Source: an uncultured Bacteroidales bacterium (GTDB lineage Bacteria; Bacteroidota; Bacteroidia; Bacteroidales; WCHB1-69). From it: a DNA stretch of 58,335 nt. The notes beneath the pieces were generated by a model that was not told the DNA's origin, ran no database searches, and saw only the letters and a program-made list of their open reading frames with translations. The stretch is from NCBI GenBank assembly GCA_937901455.1, contig CALDIA010000087.1:1-58335 (forward strand). Reading direction: 5' to 3'. Below are positions 47,330-54,554 of the stretch, piece by piece; positions within the stretch are counted from its first letter, which is position 1; each line of letters starts with the position of its first letter. A program made the position numbers and the translations under genes.

Positions 47330-48292
47330 CTATTCCAAAGTGTCGCCGCGCAAGGCACGGTATCGTTTGCGTGCATCCACAACGTACAGACTGCCGTTAT
47401 AGTCACGCATAATCTTTTGGTAATATTCCATCGCCTTGGAGGAATCCTTGAGATAGTATTCGTAAAGCTGCGCAAGCTGGTAGGCAGCGTCATCCCCCAA
47501 TAATTCGGTGCCATGGTTGTTAAGAATTTTTTGCAAGAGAGCCTCAGCCCCAAAGTAGTCTTTGCGTTTGATGAGAATCAGGGCTTTTTGATACAACGCA
47601 TCGTCCACCAAAGTGCCGAAGGGCGAGAGCGTGATGACAGAATCTAAAGCAACCATAGCCTCTTCGTCTTTGTTTTGGAAAATCAGGAAGTCGGCTTCTG
47701 CGTACTTTTTCAAGGCGGGATTGGAGGCGCCTCCATCGAAAACTATGGCTACCGTGTCTTCATCGTCATCATCTTCTTCTAAATTATCGGAGATAAGTAA
47801 AGAGAAGTAGATGGCATCGTTGGATATCAACTTGGAGGTGGCGGCGCTTAAGACATCCAACTGGCTCTTTGCCCATTTGAACTCTCCGATGTAGAACGAC
47901 AATTTGGCATTTTTGAATTTAGCCTCATTACCCAATACATCGGTGGGCATATCTTTGTCGATTTGCGAGTAGTTCAGCGAGGCATCCCATACGTTTCCCA
48001 TGTAAAGCTGTATGTCGGCCAAATCCAATTTGTAGGTGTTTTTTTCCTTTGTATCGTTGGTGTTGGCCATGGCCTGTGAGAGCAAATCGATGGCTTCCTG
48101 GGGTTTGTTGGTAAAAAAAGCCAGTAAGTGGGCGTATTTTCTGATCCAGTCGGTAGTTCCTGAGTGGAGGCCGTTCTCATTAAGCAGTTTTTTGAAGTCG
48201 CGTTCCAAATTGACGGCATCCACCATCTTGACTGGCAGGGTATTGGTCAGCATGGTATAGCGTACATCCAACAGTTTCATCTTGGCAAGCAT
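47330..48292 (-). CDS. TPR repeat protein, C-terminal fragment of a gene split by an adapter-derived insertion
   Basis: 320-aa ORF with TPR-like repeats. Its frame stays open upstream to 48340 (..EEHYIINKGEDAHNYMLAK). Confidence 0.7.
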   Translation of the reverse strand: MLAKMKLLDVRYTMLTNTLPVKMVDAVNLERDFKKLLNENGLHSGTTDWIRKYAHLLAFFTNKPQEAIDLLSQAMANTNDTKEKNTYKLDLADIQLYMGNVWDASLNYSQIDKDMPTDVLGNEAKFKNAKLSFYIGEFKWAKSQLDVLSAATSKLISNDAIYFSLLISDNLEEDDDDEDTVAIVFDGGASNPALKKYAEADFLIFQNKDEEAMVALDSVITLSPFGTLVDDALYQKALILIKRKDYFGAEALLQKILNNHGTELLGDDAAYQLAQLYEYYLKDSSKAMEYYQKIMRDYNGSLYVVDARKRYRALRGDTLE

Positions 48293-48296
48293 ATAG

Positions 48297-49208
48297 TTAT
48301 GTGCATCTTCCCCCTTGTTGATGATGTAGTGCTCTTCCGATCTTGTAGTTCAAAGCTTCGATGGAAGTTTCGTAGTCTTTGTTGTCGGCGGCGGTGCGGG
48401 CCAACTCGTAGGTTTTGATGCCTTCCAACTTGGTGCGCTTGTCGATGGCCTTCGCCATAAGCAAGGCGCTTGGATAGTCTTTGTGCAATTGGTAAATCCA
48501 GTAGAGGAGAGATAGACAGCAGATGTTTGATGGATTTTTCTGTGAATATTTCTGCAGGGTGGTGTGTGCCAAACCGTATGCCATCTGGTCTTCGTCATCC
48601 AGTAGCATGTTCTGAATTGCCGTTTCGGCTGGTTCAAGATACTCTTGTTTGTCCTCTTTAATCAAGGAGAGCACCTCTTCCATGATTTTGCTATTCTGAT
48701 GCAGGTTTTGGTACATGGTAAACAACTCTTTGGATAAAAGGTAGTTGTTGTTGAGAATCTTTCTGCCCTTGAGAATGGTTTCAATGGCATAATCGTATTT
48801 GAGGCGGGCATAGAAGGCATTGTAAAGTTCCAGCACAGACGATTCCTTGGCGGGGAGGTCTTTGATTAGATCTTGGAACTGTTTCTCAGCCTTGTTTTGT
48901 TCGCCTGACAGTTCGTACACATTTCCCAGATCCACTTTGTATCGTAGCACATTAGGAAAATTGCGCACCTGCTTCTTGACCATCTTCTCGGCATCTGTGT
49001 ATCGTTCCATGCTCAGTAGCGAAGAGTAGTAATAATAGTAGATGTAGGAATTGGGGTTTTTGGCATGAATTTTTTCGAAGAGTTCGATGGCCTTGTCATA
49101 CTCCTTGTCTTTGTAGTATTGCAGCGCCAACTGTTCGTCTTGGCTTTGTTGGGCGAACAGCGAGATGCTGCATAAAAGGAGACATATCAAGCAGGCAAAT
49201 CTTTTCAT
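48297..49208 (-). CDS. TPR repeat protein, N-terminal fragment (signal peptide plus TPR repeats)
   Basis: 303-aa ORF with signal peptide MKRFACLICLLLCSISLFAQ and TPR-like repeats. Its last 15 aa (KIGRALHHQQGGRCT) are read from adapter and out-of-frame sequence. Confidence 0.7.
   Translation of the reverse strand: MKRFACLICLLLCSISLFAQQSQDEQLALQYYKDKEYDKAIELFEKIHAKNPNSYIYYYYYSSLLSMERYTDAEKMVKKQVRNFPNVLRYKVDLGNVYELSGEQNKAEKQFQDLIKDLPAKESSVLELYNAFYARLKYDYAIETILKGRKILNNNYLLSKELFTMYQNLHQNSKIMEEVLSLIKEDKQEYLEPAETAIQNMLLDDEDQMAYGLAHTTLQKYSQKNPSNICCLSLLYWIYQLHKDYPSALLMAKAIDKRTKLEGIKTYELARTAADNKDYETSIEALNYKIGRALHHQQGGRCT
48331..48343 (+). other. Illumina TruSeq adapter 3' end GCTCTTCCGATCT embedded in the assembly (the 15-nt match GTGCTCTTCCGATCT starts at 48329)
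   Basis: This is an exact string match read from the sequence. It is flanked on both sides by tgtagt (48325-48330 and 48344-48349). Confidence 0.85.
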
Positions 49209-49216
49209 TATGGCTA

Positions 49217-50488
49217 TTAGTTGATAATGTCGAAGCGGGTATAGGGTCTGAGCACTTCGGGTACGATGATGCCTTCGGCGGTCTGGTAGTTTTCGAGGAT
49301 GGCTGCCAGTACGCGGGGCAAGGCGAGCGCGCTTCCGTTGAGGGTGTGTGCCAGACGGGTTTTGCCGTTGGCATCCTTATAGCGCAGTTTCAAGCGGTTG
49401 GCTTGGTAAGACTCGAAGTTGGAGACGGAACTTACTTCTAACCATTTCTGCTGGGCTTTGGAATAGACTTCCAAATCGTAGGTCAGTGCGGAGGTGAAGC
49501 TGATGTCACCGCCACAGAGACGAAGCACGCGGAAAGGCAAGCCCAACTTGGTGAGCAGGCTTTTGGCGTAATTGGTCATCTTCTCCAAGGTTTCGTATGA
49601 GTGGTCAGGGTGTTCAATGGTGACAATTTCTATCTTGTCGAATTGGTGCAAGCGGTTTAGTCCGCGCACGTCTTTGCCATAAGAGCCGGCTTCGCGGCGA
49701 AAACAGGCTGAGTAGGCACAGTTCCGCAGGGGGAAGTCGCTCTCTTTGAGGATAACATCGCGGTATATATTGGTTACGGGTACCTCCGCCGTGGGAATCA
49801 GGTAGAAATTGTCCAATGAGGCATGGTACATCTGTCCCTCCTTGTCGGGCAGTTGGCCAGTACCATAGGCAGAGTCTTCATTGACCATGTAGGGTGGCTG
49901 GATCTCGATGTAGCCTTCGGCCGTGGCAGAGTCCAGAAAGAAATCGATAAGCGCACGCTGGATGCGGGCCCCTTTGCCTTTATATACAGGAAAGCCTGCT
50001 CCAGTGATCTTGTTGCCAAGCTCAAAGTCGATAATATCGTATTTTTTTACCAGATCCCAGTGGGGGAGCGCCTCAAAGTCAAAATTCGAGGCATCGCCTT
50101 CGGTATAGACAATCTCGTTGTCTTCGGCTCCCTTGCCCGGTGCCACGGAGGAGTGGGGAAGATTGGGCAGCAAAACCATCTTGGCCTGTAGGTTTTTCTC
50201 CAACTCTTGCAATTCTGTGCGCAAGGCTCTCTCCTTGTCTTTTAATTCCGTCATACGGGCCTTGATGGCCTCAGCCTCATCCCGTTTACCCTCTTTGAAA
50301 AGATTACCGATGGCTTTGGCACCCTGGTTTTGTTCCATCAAATTGTCGTCAATGGCCTTTTTGTCGGCACGACTGTCTGAATCCAGTTTCAGAATCTCTT
50401 TTACCAAGTCGGTGGCATCAAAATTCTTAATTTTTAATCTGTCAATGACATATTGGGGATTTTCACGCAGTAATTGAATCTGTAACAT
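49217..50488 (-). CDS. serS: Serine--tRNA ligase
   Basis: It has an N-terminal coiled-coil arm and class II motifs (FRREAGS, GSALA). The start was set at MLQIQLLREN because the ORF-track Met1 (50518) overlaps the promoter box. Confidence 0.95.
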   Translation of the reverse strand: MLQIQLLRENPQYVIDRLKIKNFDATDLVKEILKLDSDSRADKKAIDDNLMEQNQGAKAIGNLFKEGKRDEAEAIKARMTELKDKERALRTELQELEKNLQAKMVLLPNLPHSSVAPGKGAEDNEIVYTEGDASNFDFEALPHWDLVKKYDIIDFELGNKITGAGFPVYKGKGARIQRALIDFFLDSATAEGYIEIQPPYMVNEDSAYGTGQLPDKEGQMYHASLDNFYLIPTAEVPVTNIYRDVILKESDFPLRNCAYSACFRREAGSYGKDVRGLNRLHQFDKIEIVTIEHPDHSYETLEKMTNYAKSLLTKLGLPFRVLRLCGGDISFTSALTYDLEVYSKAQQKWLEVSSVSNFESYQANRLKLRYKDANGKTRLAHTLNGSALALPRVLAAILENYQTAEGIIVPEVLRPYTRFDIIN

Positions 50489-50515
50489 TATAATGATTTT
50501 AAAAAAATGAAGCGG

Positions 50516-50523
50516 CAAAAATA
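50516..50523 (-). promoter_or_regulatory. TAnnTTTG -7 box for the serS-TPR-rsmA unit
   Basis: Plus-strand caaaaata lies 28 nt upstream of the ATG at 50488. Confidence 0.5.
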
Positions 50524-50544
50524 CAACAAAAAGCTGAAAGTTGT

Positions 50545-51435
50545 TTAGGCTCTTTCATAATGGGTCACGCGGAGCAGACGGTGTGATTCGGGGTCAACCT
50601 CATCACGGATGTACTCGGTAGAGGAGATCTCTTTGCCGTTGTCATCGTAGCCATACTCCGCCCAGCCGACCAATTTGTCATCGCGTTCATAAAGATAGTT
50701 CTTGACCACCAGGCGGCCTTCGTATTCCAAGACAACTTTGCGGTAGTTGTCCAGGTCCTCCTCTTCGGACATTGTCAAGTTGCCGTCCTCATTATAGGTG
50801 CTGTATTTTTTGGCTATCAACGTGTTGTCGTAATCGTAGATAAGTTCTTTGATGCAACGGCCTTGCTCATCGTAGGTATATTCGTAAGATCGGCGGTCCT
50901 TGTTTTGAACTTCTTCGCGCACGTAGCGCATCACCAACCCCTTTTCATTATACTCATAGAGATGCTCATACATGGGCTTGCCATAATCATCGTTTTCCGT
51001 TTCCTTGACCAGCCGGCCATCCTTGTATTCCTTGAAATTTTCTACATAGTCTAACTTCCCGTCGATGTACATTTCCCGTCGCAGCTCGTGCCCCTCGTCA
51101 TCGTAAAGGAATTTGCATGTGTATTCGGTGGAGTCTTCGCCGAAGTACATGCGTTGACTGACCAAGCGGTTGTCGGCATCATAGGTGTTCTCGGTTTTCT
51201 GCAAGAGGGTGTTGTCTTGGTCGTGTTGTTCGGTGAAAATCAGCAACTGTTTTTCGTTATATTGATTGACAGTCAGAGTATTCAGGGTGCCATCAGGCTC
51301 AAAACGCTCTTCCCGTACCAGCAAATTGTTTTCGTCATACAGGGCTGACACCTCCAGATATTCCACCGGTTCCACATCGTTTTTTTCATAGCCAAAGCGG
51401 CGATATTCTTTCTTGATGATTTTAAGGGTACTCAT
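50545..51435 (-). CDS. Cytoplasmic YD/RHS-like repeat protein, function unknown
   Basis: 296 aa with no signal peptide. Y-x-YD-xx-G-x-L type units recur (TYDADNRLV, LYDDEGHEL, YEYNEKGLV, YTYDEQGRC, YGYDDNGKE). The gene has its own promoter box. Confidence 0.6.
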   Translation of the reverse strand: MSTLKIIKKEYRRFGYEKNDVEPVEYLEVSALYDENNLLVREERFEPDGTLNTLTVNQYNEKQLLIFTEQHDQDNTLLQKTENTYDADNRLVSQRMYFGEDSTEYTCKFLYDDEGHELRREMYIDGKLDYVENFKEYKDGRLVKETENDDYGKPMYEHLYEYNEKGLVMRYVREEVQNKDRRSYEYTYDEQGRCIKELIYDYDNTLIAKKYSTYNEDGNLTMSEEEDLDNYRKVVLEYEGRLVVKNYLYERDDKLVGWAEYGYDDNGKEISSTEYIRDEVDPESHRLLRVTHYERA

Positions 51436-51463
51436 AATGCTATAGTTTTAAAAATTCACGTGG

Positions 51464-51471
51464 CAAAGATA
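51464..51471 (-). promoter_or_regulatory. TAnnTTTG -7 box (TATCTTTG on the minus strand) for the YD-repeat gene
   Basis: Plus-strand caaagata lies 29 nt upstream of the ATG at 51435. Confidence 0.5.
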
Positions 51472-51583
51472 ATAATTTTATGGAGTTAGGAAAAGGGGTG
51501 TTGAGAATAAAAAGTTGAAAATGAAGGGATGAAAGGAGTAAGAAATTAAAAGATTAGGGGGAGTCCGAAGGGCGGGGTGGTCC

Positions 51584-54481
51584 TTAGTTTCCCAGCTTCA
51601 CCACGTTCCCGGTGACGCTTTGCGGGGCGTGGCCGCGGGTCTTGTAGCGCACGAGCACCACATAGACACCATCGGGCACGCCTGCGCCGTCCCAGCCCTG
51701 GTCCACGCGCCGCGTGCTGTACTGCACCATGCCCCAGCGGTCGAAGATGGTCATCTCGTAGCTCTCCACCTCGTCGGGATAGGCGAAGATAGGCAGGAAC
51801 ACATCGTTGAGGCCATCGCCGTCGGGCGTGAAGCTGTTGGGCAGCCACAGCTCCTGCTCGCAGGGCTCGTACTCTACCACGATGTCGTCGCCATGGATGA
51901 AGCATTTGTTGGTGACAGTGACCGAGTAGGTGCCGGGGTGCTGCACAAGGAAAGTCGGCCTGTCGCTGCCATTCTGCCACTCGTAGTTGCAGAAGGGCAC
52001 CTCTGCCGACAGGAGCAGGGTTCTGCCCTCGCAGAGGGTCGTGTCAGGGCCGAGATCGACGGTGAAGTCGGTGAGGTAGCCTATGGCGATGGTGTCGGAG
52101 GCGCCGAGGCAGTGGTCGGTGACGACCACCCAGTACTGGCCATCCTCAAAGACGGTGTAGGTGGTGTTGGTGCTCTGGTCCTGCCACTCGTAGGAGGCGG
52201 GGTGTGGCTGGGTGGCGTCCAACAGAAGGGTGGCCAATTCGCAAAGGGTGCTGTCGTTGCCGAAGGCCACGGCCGACTGCGGGTAGAGGTCGATGGTGAA
52301 GAGGTCGCTTTCGGCGCGGCAGCCGCGGTTGGTGACGGTGACCGAGTAAGTACCCGCACTGTCAACGGTGATGGCGGGCGTGTGCGCGCTGGTGCTCCAC
52401 TGGTAGCTGATGACATTGGGCTGCTCCACGGAGAGAATGGCCCCGTGGCAGAGGGTGTCATCATGGCAGACCTCCAGTACGGGAGGCGGCAGCACCACGA
52501 CAAAGGTGGTGCTCGTGTCGGGACAGCCGTCATAGTGGAAGACGAGCTGCGCGGTGAGGGTATCGACCTGCGGAAGGAGGAACGAGAGCTCGGGAAAGGG
52601 GTACGACACGCCGTCGTAGATCCACTCCACGGGCACGGAGTCGGGGTTGTGCTCAACCTTGAGCAGGAGCGTGTCGCCGATGCAGCGATAGACGGTGTCG
52701 TTGTTGTGCGGACTGAGTCCTGTATAGCTGTCCTGGTAGGCATCAAGGCTAAAGCAACCGGAAGCACCGCTATTAAAATATAGAAGATTTGTTATATCTT
52801 GAGTTTCAGGGTGTCCCGAAGGAACGGGTTGCACATTGTAGCCGAACTCATCAATGTAGGCAGAGAATCCATGTTCGTTTTCGATGCGGATGATTTCGGG
52901 GATGTCTTCGTTGTAGAAGTAGAGTTGGGTAACCCAGTACTCGCCGTTGGTCATGGGGAAGGAATCGAACGCGGTGGGTGGGATGAGCTCACCGTTGAAG
53001 TAGGTACTGCCGATCCCGTCCTCATGGGTGTAGATTTGCACATCCACATAAAGGGTGTCAGCAGGTGAATAGACGGCAACCAATGGCTCTCCAGGAGGAG
53101 AAACTATTTGGCTAAATTGGACACTATGGCGTGTGGTAGGGTATATCCATTTGTCCACCATCCTCTCGGTAGGTTGCAACAACAAGCCCAATTGATAAGA
53201 GACACTATAACAACCTAAGGAATCTCTCACGATGCCCATGACCGGATAGCCGGGGGCACTTTCCTTATATATCATATAAGAGGGGCCGACAACAGGTTTG
53301 TACAGACGGGGCGTTGGAAATCGCAAAAATGTGTATGGCACACTCACATATTGGTGAATATCACCCCAATAGCGTAGGTGATTTCCTGTGAGCAGCGAAA
53401 ACATTGGTTGTATATAGGCGGATGTGTCAATATAGTCTGAAATATATTCATTATAAATGTAAGCTGTAATGCAGCTGTCAAAAACATAGGGTGTTAATGC
53501 CAATTTGTCGTAGAAAGAGATACCCTTGTCAAAGCGATTGTTTTGCAGTTTTGTGCAAAGATAATCTTTTCCGGTAAAATAGTTGCCGATTCTTGTGATA
53601 GGGATAATGTCAAAAAATTCATGATCCAAAGTCCTCTTGTAATAGTGACGATTAAAAATTGGCCTTGCCTCGGCCTCATAAATGCATTCATAGCATAGTA
53701 TTTGTTTGCAATTGGTGTAAACAGAAAGGCTTACTATTGCGGGGGAAATTACAGAAGCTCCAGCATGATTCAGCAATATGGTGTCTGTCACCAATATGGG
53801 TGTACCGATATTAGGATAGTACTGGTACTGTATATACAATTCGACACTGTCTTCCAAAGCGGTGATAGCCAAATAAGAAAAGGGAGGTGCTGATGGAGAA
53901 GGATGTTTGATAGGAGCATCCACGGAAGTGGAAAAATGCGTGGTTCTATTATATTCAATGGGCCAAACAAAAGATTTGTTTGAATAATAGTCCAAATAGC
54001 CAGTATGACATGCATGGCACCAGGGAGCAAGCAAATGTGCACATCTGCATGGACTGTTAGGGGCATCCGGATTGTAAATGACAGGGCTGGTAATGTTTTC
54101 TAAAAAATATTGAGTGTAAACCACCACATTGCGTGTAGTTCTTATGAAAACACCTTTTTCTATAGCTTGAAAGCCTGTTTGTGGCGCTATATACCCATTT
54201 GTAAAAAAAGAAGTATAATCCTTGGAAATATTAATGACAGTAGGGGTGTTGGGTGAAACAGAGAAGTCTATGTGCAAACCTAATGCGTTGTTTTCAATAT
54301 ATCCTGTACAGGCGGTGTCACCTACAATATATATTGACAGACTATCAGGCGCGTATGGGTAAGGAACATGAAGATTAGAGCATAATAGCCAAAAATTCCT
54401 TCCCGAAATCATTCCCGGGACAGCCCAAGTGTAAAAGCTCAGGCTCAGCATCAACGTAAAGGTCAATACTTTCTTGTTCAT
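51584..54481 (-). CDS. T9SS cargo protein with Ig-like Cys-containing repeats and type B (gliding-motility-associated) C-terminal sorting domain
   Basis: The start was set at the MNKKVLTFTLMLSLSFYTWAVP signal peptide; the ORF-track start is 54532. Repeats of the form D(T/S)TLC.G..L.L...Y.W......G.Y.V.VTN..C recur three to four times. The C-terminal LPNSFTPDGDGLNDVF block is the type B CTD hallmark. Confidence 0.75.
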   Translation of the reverse strand: MNKKVLTFTLMLSLSFYTWAVPGMISGRNFWLLCSNLHVPYPYAPDSLSIYIVGDTACTGYIENNALGLHIDFSVSPNTPTVINISKDYTSFFTNGYIAPQTGFQAIEKGVFIRTTRNVVVYTQYFLENITSPVIYNPDAPNSPCRCAHLLAPWCHACHTGYLDYYSNKSFVWPIEYNRTTHFSTSVDAPIKHPSPSAPPFSYLAITALEDSVELYIQYQYYPNIGTPILVTDTILLNHAGASVISPAIVSLSVYTNCKQILCYECIYEAEARPIFNRHYYKRTLDHEFFDIIPITRIGNYFTGKDYLCTKLQNNRFDKGISFYDKLALTPYVFDSCITAYIYNEYISDYIDTSAYIQPMFSLLTGNHLRYWGDIHQYVSVPYTFLRFPTPRLYKPVVGPSYMIYKESAPGYPVMGIVRDSLGCYSVSYQLGLLLQPTERMVDKWIYPTTRHSVQFSQIVSPPGEPLVAVYSPADTLYVDVQIYTHEDGIGSTYFNGELIPPTAFDSFPMTNGEYWVTQLYFYNEDIPEIIRIENEHGFSAYIDEFGYNVQPVPSGHPETQDITNLLYFNSGASGCFSLDAYQDSYTGLSPHNNDTVYRCIGDTLLLKVEHNPDSVPVEWIYDGVSYPFPELSFLLPQVDTLTAQLVFHYDGCPDTSTTFVVVLPPPVLEVCHDDTLCHGAILSVEQPNVISYQWSTSAHTPAITVDSAGTYSVTVTNRGCRAESDLFTIDLYPQSAVAFGNDSTLCELATLLLDATQPHPASYEWQDQSTNTTYTVFEDGQYWVVVTDHCLGASDTIAIGYLTDFTVDLGPDTTLCEGRTLLLSAEVPFCNYEWQNGSDRPTFLVQHPGTYSVTVTNKCFIHGDDIVVEYEPCEQELWLPNSFTPDGDGLNDVFLPIFAYPDEVESYEMTIFDRWGMVQYSTRRVDQGWDGAGVPDGVYVVLVRYKTRGHAPQSVTGNVVKLGN

Positions 54482-54554
54482 TTCAGACAGTGTGTTTGAT
54501 TTCATAAAACAACAATTTTTCTGGTCATCCAATTGCCATTATCGTCGGACACCC

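Noticed and set aside
51304-51313. A second adapter-like string, ACGCTCTTCC (a 10-nt match to the Read 1 adapter end).
   Set aside because: Only 10 nt match and the sequence diverges before GATCT. It lies in frame inside an uninterrupted YD-repeat ORF. A match of this length is expected by chance at roughly the 0.1 level in a window of this size.
51620-52783. A 387-aa plus-strand ORF and 228- and 144-aa minus-strand ORFs in the GC-rich cassette.
   Set aside because: They translate to Gly/Val/Ala/Arg-rich sequence and all terminate exactly where GC content drops. The overlapping frame encodes recognisable Ig-like repeats and a type B CTD.
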